Source: Guillardia theta CCMP2712
Taxonomy: Eukaryota > Protista > Cryptophyta
Length of the DNA stretch: 64,000 bases
Assembly (NCBI RefSeq): GCF_000315625.1
Contig: NW_005434661.1
Span: 532,617 to 596,616, forward strand
Direction: 5' to 3'
Shown here: positions 37,048 to 47,741 of the stretch, in pieces
How positions within the stretch are numbered: the first letter of the stretch is position 1
Layout of the letters: each line of letters opens with the position of its first letter
Translations under genes and position numbers: made by a program
Notes under the pieces: model-generated
What the model was told of the DNA's origin: nothing
Databases searched by the model: none
What the model saw: the letters and a program-made list of their open reading frames with translations, nothing else

Positions 37048-38939
37048 CCTCTCTAGGTCACCTTGCAAGAACTCGTCAGCAGGGTCACATCCGTTCGCGT
37101 CCATCATGAACGTGGACGAGGCAGGGAGATAATCCAAAAATCGCTTGAGGCTGATTCAGCGAGGACCTCCCACCTCCTCCTCGTCATCCTCCTCCTCCTC
37201 TTTCCCCACCTCCCACCTTCTCCTCTTCCTTCCCTTCCCCTCCCTCCCTCGCCATCACCCACGACTCCTTTCCCCTCCTCTCCACCTTGTCTGCAGCAAA
37301 AACATCATCCTTCTTCTCATCTTTGTCCGCAAGAGAGAGGAACTGTGCACAATTCAAAGTTGCCCTCCCCACCTCCTCCGACTACCTTCTCCCGGAAAGC
37401 TTTAGCCATCTCAGGAGGGGAGAAGCTGTTGGAGCGCGAGGACGACAGCGTCTCGTCGTCAGGAGGAGCGCGTCCGAGTTGAACGTAGCGCTGCTGCACG
37501 TCCTGCCAGATGTAGGACAAGGTCTGTACGACCTTGCGGTGCCTGCAGGGGACAATGGGGGGGAAGAACGACGAAAATGGTAGGAAGGGGGGGCAAGGGG
37601 ATGGGTCAAAGAAAGGGAAAGGAAGGAGACACAGAGAGAGAGAGAATCAGGGAATATCAAATGCAACAAGATGAGAAGAGGGACAGCAGGAAGGAGGAGA
37701 AGGCAGGAAGAAAGGGGGGAGAGGATGGGGGGGAAGGAGAGGGGGGAAGGAGAGGGGGAGAGGAGAGGGGGGAAGGAGGAGGGGGAGAGGAGAGGGTAAG
37801 GTATCAGAGGTGGGGCCCAAGGGACGGAGGAGACAAAGACAAGCGCGGAGCCGACCGATCGAAGGAAGTGATCTGACTGTAATCGATGTCCTGCTTGCCA
37901 AGTCACCGTCACCCCGCGCGAGCCTCGGGAGAAGCCTTCACCTCGACATTGAGAACGTCCTCAAGCATCACGTCGCACTCGACCTCGCACACGCTCATCC
38001 GATCGCATCCGTTCACTACCCACAGAGGATGCTTGTTCAGCGCGTCGCACCACCTGCTCAGCCTCGCTGTCACGTGACACCATGGTTCTCCCAGCGCCTT
38101 CACCTGCCCATGAGAAGCTCGCGAGATCGATCGGTCAGGATCCCCCTCCCTGCCACGCATTGATCACTTCTCTACAGCTGCTGCCTCTCCTTCCACCCTC
38201 CCCTCTTGAGCTCCTCTGCCTCCTCCCCTTCCTGATCTCAACGTCTTTGCTACCTTCCTTGTCGTTGGACAGTGACGGTCTGCGGAAGGTGACGCTCTTG
38301 AACTCGATCATCCCCATTCCCACCAGGTTGTGATCTGCCATGACCTGCAGGATGTATGGGATGTGCGCCTGGTAGGGCTGGAAGACCGTCCCCATGATCG
38401 CTCCTCCTGCCCACACCTTGTGAGTTGGAAGCCCTTACAACCCGCCACCTCCTCATACCCAGGAGGAGCCCGGCAGCCTTGGAGACATCGGGAGGTTCAA
38501 TGAAGTAGATCTTGACGAAGAGCTGCTGGGAAAGGTGGCAGCCGTAGAATGGCGTCCCTCTCAACACTTGTGCCTTGAGCACGTGCTGCTTCGGCTTGCG
38601 CCGTCCCCTGTCGCCTCCTTCTCTCTCCTGATCCATGGAAGACGCAGCATCGAGCTCCTTCAGTGCCATGTCCATGCTCTTTGCCAGCTGCTTGATCCGA
38701 GAATCAAGCTGAGCAGGAGCGAGCGAGCACCATTGCTCGAGGACAGGCACATAAAGGTAGGGGAACGCCCGATGTAAATGCACGCAGGCCTTCTGCCCCT
38801 CACTCGTGATGCCGAAGATGCGGAGGATGGGAACTCGCTGCAGTCGCTCCCCCATGTATCTCGACTCGATGACATCAAGGCCTTCCACAGGATAGCTCAT
38901 GTGATAGTCTATGGAGCACAGACGGACGTTGAGTCTCAT
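30352..38939 (-). CDS. REV3: DNA polymerase zeta catalytic subunit, multi-exon
   Basis: N-terminal VPILRIFGITSEGQKACVHLHRAFPYLY and YQAHIPYILQVMADHNLVGMG. Also SRGSQYRVESML, PolB motifs VLDFRSLYPS, KLIANVTYGYTSAGFSGRMPC and YGDTDSLF, and C-terminal CysB CRICVSC...CDAVDCPVLY. Confidence 0.97.
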
Positions 38940-39469
38940 CCTTGTCCAGAACTCCCCGTCCTCACCTGATCTCACTCCCTCTCTTTCATCATGCCGTGTT
39001 GTGAGCGTGAAGGCTTTGCTCTGATTAGTTCACCCTTCCTCTTGCCTCCCCTTGACTCATCTGCCTCCTCTTGTCTCTCCTCCTCCTTCCTCTTCTTCCT
39101 CCTTCCTCTTCCCTTCCTCTGTCTCTCTGTCTTCCTTCACGCTTCGCTCATCCATGTTCTGGCCGGGTCCCCGATGATTCCTCCTCCCCATCCCCGCCTA
39201 GACCATCTGCCTCATTACTGCTGCACTCTGCTGCACTACGTAGTACTGGCTGCGCCGGGCCGCCGGGGCCCGGTCGGGCCGCCAGCCTGACTCAGTCACG
39301 GACTCAGAGCGCCGGACTCGCCGACGGCGTACCTGGTCACCCCTTTGAAGCAGGTTCCATGATTTTAGTTTTGCTATGCTTTTTACATTATGACAAAGGG
39401 ACTAGGCAGGCTTCAATCTGAGTTCCTCGGCGCTGAGTGACCGTCAATACCGAGGCATCTCGCAATCCG

Positions 39470-41103
39470 TTAGCTTCTATAGATTCTTGGTGAACAATTT
39501 CCGCGGAATGTAAACTGATGGAATACGACTCCCTCTTCCGAAGGGAGTAGAGTGAGCCCCCTTGGCCAAATGGCTTTCCTGCACCCAAACGAATCAATCA
39601 CGCCCAATACTATCAGACTTCTTGCTTCGCACACAAGAAGCGAAGCCTTTCAACAGGACAGGCAAGTAAAACATAGACTTACTCAGAAATCAAAGAATAA
39701 ATTCTTGAATCAAGGACGGGGACGTACGTCCTTCCCAAAGCATCTTCCACAACATCAGCTCCACGGGACTGCCAAAAGACAGATCAGCACTAGCATGTCA
39801 TGGATAGAATAGCTCTGCCGACCTCTTTAGGAACAGGTGACCCATCCAGCAACAAGTACACCTTCGAAGGTCGCACAGGCTCGCATGGCTTGCACCCACC
39901 CCACGAATCCTTACTGGTATGGCAATACCCGTAGGGACCATACCGCCCAGCAACGTCTCGGCACTGCGTCTTACATTGCAAGCCAGCTTTCTCGTTGCCA
40001 GATGTTCCGTCGGTGCACATATCAACCTTCCATTGCTCTATCTTCTTCAGTCCGAGCAACCCGTATGCCATGTCACCGTGATATCGGACTCGGAGGTGGG
40101 TGTCAACAAGCCCTCCGCCCTTGCTCCCCATCACTTCTCTTCCCTGGTCCAACATGGCCCATTCACCACTTAGGGCAAACGCGCCATCGTCCAACGGAAC
40201 TCCAGACAGGTCCTTGAACGCACCGCCCCGTGATTCAGCATTGACATGCTGATAACGGGACAGGGAACCAGGGTAGATGGAGGTGTGACCCAAGTTGTCC
40301 GATACGTAGTTTCCAACAAAGACATCTTTTGAAGCCTGATGGCAACGCTTGCCATCATAGCCTCCTCCAGCTGCCAGCCAGAGATTCTGCTTCCCATTCA
40401 CGGTACTCTGCTTCCATTGCGCGTAGTAGTTACCCCAAGGCCATTGAGGATTGCACATTATACCTTGGTTCGTTCGGGAGAAGTACTGACAGATGTTCAT
40501 CTCCATCTGGCTTCCCACATGGTATCCACTCTTCACTGCTACGATGCTGTTATCGTTGTTGATAAGGAACATGGTATTGATGTCATGAGCTCCGAAAGCG
40601 TTCGTAATGTCGCCATCGATATCATTCACAACCGCGTAATTCAGTCGAAGTCTTTCAAAAGCATTCTTCACAAAGAGGCTGTTCTTCGCAAACCTGTACC
40701 GTGATCTGTGGACCCCAATCACTACCAATCCATACGGTGCGAATCTCCAATTGATTCGCTCCATGACAGGCACAAGCTCAAGACTGTCTACAGATGTATA
40801 GTCCCAGAAGTGAAGCAGGATGCTCTTTCCCTGGCTTTGAAGTTTCTTCAGATCCAATCCCTTCCCAACTAGGTCAGAGGATCCATAGTAACCCAAGCTT
40901 ATCCACTTCACATCATCCCCTTGAGGTAACCTGGGAGCCTCTTGCCCGGGTTGCATCTGGGGGAAGCTTCCTAGATTGATACCAAGAAAGGAGAGCAAAG
41001 AAGAATCATGAGGATGAACAACTGAAATAGCTGCTAAGAGCATCACGAAAGCGGCAGCTACCGCAACTGCCGCCATCGCCAACGCCGCCCTCCCCTTCGC
41101 CAT
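39470..41103 (-). CDS. DipZ-like protein: TM/signal anchor, TlpA-type thioredoxin fold with SxxS, and DipZ C-terminal domain with Cys-rich insert
   Basis: LLHFWDYTSVDS...GLVVIGVH...YAVVND...MFLI. The C-terminal domain has FALSGEW, VYLLLDGSPV, SRGADV...SRIYSLI and GVVFHQFTF, after two short introns. Confidence 0.75.
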
Positions 41104-42013
41104 CCTGCCCCTTCGCCACACCACTCACCCCCACCCTCAGATTCTCATCCATCCACCCACCCACACAGCTGAGGACCCTTTCTACCCCCCTTGAATCATC
41201 ATTCCACCCGTAGTGGTCATGCCCCTCCTATGTTATTAGGCCCGCCTCAGCTACCAATTAGGACCCCACCTCCTCCACTATCTCATGTCTTACTGCACCC
41301 CTACTTTTTAGGCGGGAATCAAATTATACCACGGGGTGCTGATTGATTCAATCGGGATTTGGAGGGGTAAGGATAGGGCCAGATGCTGCAGAGGCGGCAT
41401 GCACTGGGCGGGAAGGAAGCGGGGGGAGGGGATTATGGCGGAGAGTTGTTCGTGTGATATGAAGGAATCGTGATTATCAAGACACAATTGGTGATGGACA
41501 GTGAGAGATGACGGATGCAATAATAGTGTTGGGGTTGGAATGGCGAAGAGCGGGAGATCATGAATAGGAATCAAAGGAGAATCAAGACGAGGAATGGCCT
41601 CTAGCGACCATGCGCAAGTTAGAATCTAGGGAGGATAATAGCTATTGATATTGAACAGATATCTAAGATCAAGATTTGCAGATGCTAGGTACTCGGAACG
41701 AAGTAGAGTTCGCGCAGAAATGTAGATGGTCACTAGTTCGGGAAAACACATTGTTACTTGAGATTCATTAGAGGCCTAGGTGTTGAGTATGTGAAACACA
41801 CACAAAACAAAGTAGGGCAAAACTTGGACTAGGATACTAAAGCACATGATTGACCGTCTTTATGAGCTGGAATCAATACACTTGAATACGATATGTGTGC
41901 CATGTGTCACTTTCTCTTGTTGACATAGGGTGTGATATTCCTTTTTCTCTAACCCTTGCCGCAGAGCGTAGGAATTGGATACGTTTCGCACATAACAAGG
42001 GCATTTCTCTGAA

Positions 42014-42360
42014 ATGACTGAATGCCACAAAGAGCTTTCTAGTCTCATCGACTCTCCTGTTTCAATCATTACAAATGATGGGAGAAATATTATCGGAACA
42101 TTGAAAGGACTAGATCAGAAGCTGAATGTTATATTGGAAGAGTGCTACGAGAGAGTTTTTTCAAAAGAAGCAGGCGTCGAGCAGGTGCCGAGCTTGCACC
42201 CTGCACCCAGCTTGCACTGACTGCATTCCAGGTGACACTAGGTTTGTATATTGTTCGAGGAGACAACATTGCAATAGTGGGGGAGGTGGACGAGCACAAG
42301 GATAGCGGCACGGATTGGACATCCATCAAGGCAGAGCCCTTGAAACACATCGTTCACTAA
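42014..42360 (+). CDS. LSM8: U6 snRNA-associated Sm-like protein LSm8; intron ~42185-42231
   Basis: VSIITNDGRNIIGTLKGLDQKLNVILEECYERVFS...GVEQ|VTLGLYIVRGDNIAIVGEVDE...IKAEPL. Confidence 0.95.
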
Positions 42361-42607
42361 TCGGACGCACTGATGGACTGATGGTTTGCTACACGCCGGA
42401 TCAAGCAATCGACTAGGAATAAATCTCACTGAAATTTTAATGCTCTTAATTTACATGATTGCGTTGGAAAACTTCCGTTCCTGAGTGGCGAGGTTGAAGC
42501 CAAGAATAGACTATGCTGTTCCGCTTGAATGGAAACAATTTCCTCTACCATGGGCCTTGCCAGAACACCAGTGCCCTCGAGGCAAGGGTGGAATTGAGAT
42601 TCAAGTG

Positions 42608-43625
42608 CTACAGCTGCTTGCACAGGTAGAGGTTCAAAACCGGCCACTCAATGTAGTGATCATGTGTGGGGATCAAGAGTTCTTCTGGTGCTCTTGCGCA
42701 CTCCCGGTAGCCCATCTTCTTGTAGAGGTTCATCGCTTTTGTGTTGTCCAAGCTGACCTGCCAAGAGCTTTACTCCTCAGGTCACACCAAGACCAAGGGA
42801 GCGCAGACCTTCAGAAAAACCTTGTCCAGCGCATAATCCAGTCTTTCAAGTGGTTTCATCTGAAGAAAACTTCATCAGGCAAATCAACAACGACACGCAC
42901 AAGGATACCGCATCGACTTCATCGGCCCATTCTGTTTGAACGAACGTCTCACATCTCTGCAGCAGCTGTTGCCCAAGACCCATCCTCTGGTAGTCAGAAT
43001 CGACCACCAGATCTGAAACATAGGGCCGTAGCTTCGTTACGGAAGAAGGATCATTCCACCACGACATCCCCCGTTCAGACAGCAGCATCAGCTCCATCCC
43101 AACACATCCAACGACGGTCTGATCTGGCGTTTCAGCTACGATAATGACACTCTTCCTACCCGCGTCCGGAGCATATTTCGCAGCGAAATTTTGATAAACC
43201 CACAACGCCCCAACTTCGGATCCAAACATTCCCCTGGTGCACAGTGCTGCGACAGCCTGCAACTTCCCATTCCCTCCTGTGCTCAGGTCCAGATAATCGA
43301 GGTTTCTGAATGTCACCTCGTTCCTCTTCAGCTCTTCGACTTCAGTCGGTTTCCCTACAAGAAGCTCTCCCAGCTTTCCTAGGCTTTGAGCGGGAGACCA
43401 TCTAGCTGCCGAACAAATGTTCGAGCATATCCTGGCACGCGATCGGGCTGGCAGGTTATTTCTCCCATGGAAACCATTCAATCTCGAGATGCTAAGAGTC
43501 GAGGGCGCAGTGAGAGAAGGAGGACTGAGGGTGAAGGGAAGAGCATGCGGCAGGATGAAGAGGAAGCAAACAAGGTGCAGGAGAGATAGTCCTGCACCAG
43601 CCCCCCCCCGCACCCGCCTTGCCAT
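42608..43625 (-). CDS. GNAT-family acetyltransferase, predicted plastid-targeted
   Basis: Signal peptide ending HALP-F plus a transit peptide; PYVSDLVVDSDYQRMGLGQQLL (motif A); spliced VSLDNTKAMNLYKKMGY. Confidence 0.88.
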
Positions 43626-44377
43626 GGCCCTCCCGGTCAATCCGCCTCCAAAATATGTCATGAAATATTGAAATTTTTCACTGATGGTGAAATTTCCAGG
43701 GAATTTTACACATGATTGCACTCAATTTCAGAAAAACCTTTTAAAATCTGACGATGATTTATGTGTGAGAGACCAACAACCCCACAAACCCTACTACCCC
43801 TTGGCTACTACCCCAAGATTCTCGCTTCTGTACCCACCCTTCGCTATCATTGGAAACCCCAGGGTACCGCCCCCGCCCTCCCCCTCCCTCCCGCCCCATA
43901 CTTCAGTTCCAACACGCACAAGAATGACCAGATAATCGCTGCCTTCATCAATTAATAATTATTTCTCTGAGGTGGACTTGAATACAGCCTTTATTTGTTG
44001 AGGCGGACTCGTACATGTCGAATTCGCGAAATTTCTGGGACTCGTCACCTACCCCACCCATGTATACCAACTAGGAGGGTCCCCTTTGTTGCCCCCTTAG
44101 GTATACCCGAATCCCTTGACCCCTGGGGCTCCTGCTTTATGGGTAGACTTAATAGTTACAAGACCTCCACGGGGGGAGGCAGAGGGGGTTAACTCGGGTC
44201 CCTCCGCAAACAAGTGAGGTAGGGTGAAAAGGGGGGGTCCCGTGAAGTCATGCACAAGTGCTCCATACTTTGACAGGGGTTTAAACAGGAGTAATGAGGG
44301 GTACTGTTGGTAAGGAGGGGGTACTCATTAGTGGGGGTAGGGTGGGAGCTCCAATCAGAGGCCAGGAGGGCGAAGGC

Positions 44378-45037
44378 ATGCAAGCAACCAAAATGATAGC
44401 GGCAATGGCGATTGCAATGACGACGGTGATGGCAGGTGCAGCGAATGCAGAGAGGTCCAGCGCCTTTCATGCATGCAAGAGGATGAATGCCGCTTTCGTG
44501 CAGAGCTCCTCCTTGCTTCCGCTTGCTTCTGCCCCCAGCAAAAGGGCTGGGGTGCAGTCGCTGCCGAATGGACCAAGGTTGGCTCGCAGTCTGAACGTCG
44601 GAGTTCGAATGAGCGTCAACGAGGTCAAACTCACGCCCGAGCTGCAGAAGATCGTTCAGCAGTTTTCGCTAGTCCCAGACCCTAAGCTTCGGTACCAGCA
44701 GCTGCTGTTCTTCGCCGCAAAGTTGGGTGCCATGGAAGAGGTTCACAAGGTGGAGGAGAACAAGGTCAAGGGATGTCAATCGACGGTCTACGTTCACGCC
44801 ACAAAAGATGAGGAGGGAAAGATCTGGTATACAGGAGATTCAGACTCACAGCTTACTAAGGGCCTTTGCGCTATGCTCGTGCGGGGGTTGTCGGGCAATA
44901 CTGTGCAAGACATCTTGGAGGTGAGCCCCGAGTTCGTCAAGGAAGCAGGTCTGTCGGTTAGCTTGACCCCGAGCAGGAACAATGGCTTCTTGAACATGCT
45001 CAACACCATGAAAGCGCAGGCCAAGGCACTGGCCTGA
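44378..45037 (+). CDS. sufE: Plastid SufE Fe-S cluster assembly protein (cysteine desulfurase activator)
   Basis: RYQQLL, ENKVKGCQSTVYV (acceptor Cys), GDSDSQLTKGL and SLTPSRNNGFLNM, with a bipartite leader containing SSAF/NAAF. Confidence 0.95.
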   Translation: MQATKMIAAMAIAMTTVMAGAANAERSSAFHACKRMNAAFVQSSSLLPLASAPSKRAGVQSLPNGPRLARSLNVGVRMSVNEVKLTPELQKIVQQFSLVPDPKLRYQQLLFFAAKLGAMEEVHKVEENKVKGCQSTVYVHATKDEEGKIWYTGDSDSQLTKGLCAMLVRGLSGNTVQDILEVSPEFVKEAGLSVSLTPSRNNGFLNMLNTMKAQAKALA

Positions 45038-45173
45038 ATCTGATAGATGTGAATATTTTAATGAATTCCTTTGGTTGAAAACAAAACTCTTGTCAGAAAC
45101 TTACAGCCTCTGGTTGCTCGCCTTTACCCCTATGACAAAACCGCCAAGCTCGCATGCCTCTGAAGTTGGCCAC

Positions 45174-46681
45174 TCACAACTCGAAGGGCTTGTAGGAGGC
45201 AGGTGGGTTGGAGAGTGAGGGGTCGACCGCAGACAGCACCATCTTCGAGCACTTCTTGGAGTACCTGGGGATTCCTCTAGTCAGGCGTGTGCCAGGGCAT
45301 TCAGCGAACCAGATCTTACAATGCCTTGACGCAAAGTCTTGCAACATCCGATCTGTGAATCGCTCCCGCCGCCATCTTATCCTCCGTCACGATGGCCTGC
45401 ATTCACTTCATCTGACCGGGAGCGCAACATCAGCATGGCGTCCTTACCTTGCCTGTGGAGGGAGCAGTGATGAGTCCGCCTGGCCTGATGATGGTGTAGT
45501 CCGTGTTGGTGTAGTACTTGAGCAACAAGTTCTCCGCCTTGGTCTTGTCGACCTGAGGGGTGAGGTGAGAAGCGAGAGCTGGGCCTCAGTACGGCCTGAC
45601 CAGTGCATTCTTCAGGGCCTCGTACACCTCGTTGGAAATGGCGCCCTTGCTGTCACCCGACCCGATGCTGGTGACCAGCACCTGAGTTGAGCCGAGTCAG
45701 ATTTCTTGCTCATCGCGCGTGGAGCTGACCATGCGGGTGACTCCGAGGATCCCAGCGTTCTCGATCATGTTCATGTTCCCCTACCATGATTTCATGCTGC
45801 AGCGTCGACGGCTCATTCTGTTACCTTGTAATCGATCCTCACTCCGTCAGTCTCACCACCAAGGGTGCTAATGCAAGCATCGCATCCTTTGGAAAGAAGA
45901 ACTCAGCGGTGATTGATGTCCCTTTCCTCAACACACCGTCAAGAACTGAGATAACGTCCGAAGCCTCCTTGGCGTCTCCGACGACCTGGTGGCTCTCAGT
46001 GACCTGCACACTGAGCCACAGGGTTTGAAAAGCTGTGTACCGCTTTGACACCAGCAAGAGCCTCAAGTTCCTTCTTGCTCTCTTCCTTCCTCACGAGAGC
46101 AACCACCTAACCACATTCTCTTACAAGGAGCCCAGTTCCAAGAACCGCAAGCATTACGTTGACACCCATTGACGACAACTCCGAAATAATCTCCCGCCCA
46201 ACGCCACGGCCTGTTGACAGGATCTTACACGCGGCATGGAATCTTTGAGTCAAGATAGTGAGTTCTGTTCTTACTTCCTCCGAGCACGCAGACATTCTTC
46301 CACTGGCCCTCTAAGTCACGGAGCTCACGGCGCCCGGCGTCAGTCAAGGGAAGGTCCGAGTCGCTCATGCGCAGGCGGCTGGCAAGAGCCATCTTATGCA
46401 CTCCATTGACTCTGCAAAGAGACTGCGAAAACCATGGGAGTCAGATCAAGACAGATGCTGCTTGAACGGGAAGCTGCTCCAGGAATCCGCAGTGTTGGTT
46501 GTACAAGACGATGACGATGGAGCCGTTGAGGATAGGATGGGAGGGAGGGCATCAGGAGCTCTCATCGACTCACCTTCGCATCTCGGAGAGAGACAAGAGG
46601 CGAAGAAGTCGAGGGCAGGAAAGCGTTCGCTCCCGCCACCATCGCCAGCATCACGAAAGTTCGGCGTGCATGTGACGCCAT
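45174..46681 (-). CDS. NAD(P)-binding atypical SDR (flavin reductase/YbjT-like) protein, plastid-targeted, multi-exon
   Basis: Leader MASHARRTFVMLAMVAGANA-F; VCVLGG..RGVG; GDAKEASDV; VDYK; LVTSIGSGDS; DKTKAE; YTIIRPGGL; IHRSDVA. Confidence 0.88.
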
Positions 46682-46824
46682 TTCTTAGAGGCCGGTAGGT
46701 CGATGACCCCCAGTAAAGTAGGGGTAGTCTCAGGGCTTCATGGAGGTGGGGTAAATATCGGACCCGCCTCAGAGTGAAAAAGGTTGACTCAGTGGAACAC
46801 AGGCGCATGGATAGACGGAGTAGG

Positions 46825-46965
46825 GAGAGAGGAGAGGAGAGGAGAGGAGAGGAGAGGAGAGGAGAGGAGAGGAGAGGAGAGGAGGGAGAGGAGAGGAGAG
46901 GAGAGGAGAGGAGAGGAGAGGAGAGGAGAGGAGGGAGAGGAGGGGAGAGGAGAGGAGAGGAGAGG
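46825..46965. repeat. (GGAGA)n pentanucleotide repeat
   Basis: Direct reading of the sequence. Confidence 0.95.
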
Positions 46966-47084
46966 AGTGTAGATAGAAAAAGGAAGGAAGGGAAGGAGGG
47001 AAGGAGGGGATGTTTGAGGAGGACTGCAGGCTTATCAGATTCGCGTTTCCTCGTCTTATTTGTTTCCTTCATTTTTTAGCGCTC

Positions 47085-47560
47085 CATGTCAGTGGATCGA
47101 AAGAAGTCCATCAGTTGGACAGAGAGGTTGAGCCAATTGAGATGCAGCAGCAGCCGCTGAGAGCTGAGAGGGGAGGGGGGAGAGCATGTTGTGTACACCT
47201 TATGGATCAGAAGGAAGATTGACAGGACAGGAACAGTCCCCGAGATCCTCCATGACTTCTCACTTTTGTGCATCCTGAAATTCTCTGAGCAGGTCACATC
47301 AGGGGTGTGGGTCGAGCTAGTCGCTGGTGGGACACTGGGAGTCTTCGCTGTCACGCTCCAGGCGCCATGCAGCGACATCGATTATACGTCTGTAAGTTCT
47401 TCTGCCTCACATGCGGGTTCATTATCACCGAGGAGGACCATTCGGTGCCTCCTCCTCCTCCTCCTCGCAAGAATGCTCTTGAAGAAGTGATCACTGCGAT
47501 AGACAAGAACAATGAGCACGAGAGGGCGAACCAAGAGGCAACCGTAGAGAGCGGATGATG
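47085..47560 (+). CDS. Possible small multi-exon hypothetical gene
   Basis: ATG MSVDRKKSISWTE and short GT-AG intron candidates; no family recognised. Confidence 0.3.
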
Positions 47561-47741
47561 CCAGGAGATCAGAGGATGAGGTTGTGAGTGTTAGGGGAGC
47601 GAATCGACACGGGCTGCAAGATTTCCAGAATTTGTCAAAGTAGTCTCTCCTGTTGTAAATAGCCTATGCATGTGTATTGTAATTATCTGCGAAACGAGTA
47701 GGAGAAGAAATGGATGGAGTGCTGCTTTGCTTGTTCGAGAT

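Noticed and set aside
30352-38939. PolB as a Polinton or viral polymerase, given the nearby tyrosine recombinases
   Set aside because: The motifs are REV3-specific, the gene is intron-rich, and no capsid, packaging ATPase or protease genes are visible.
40780-40810. Selenocysteine in the DipZ-like active site
   Set aside because: The codons are TCT and AGT (Ser), not TGA.
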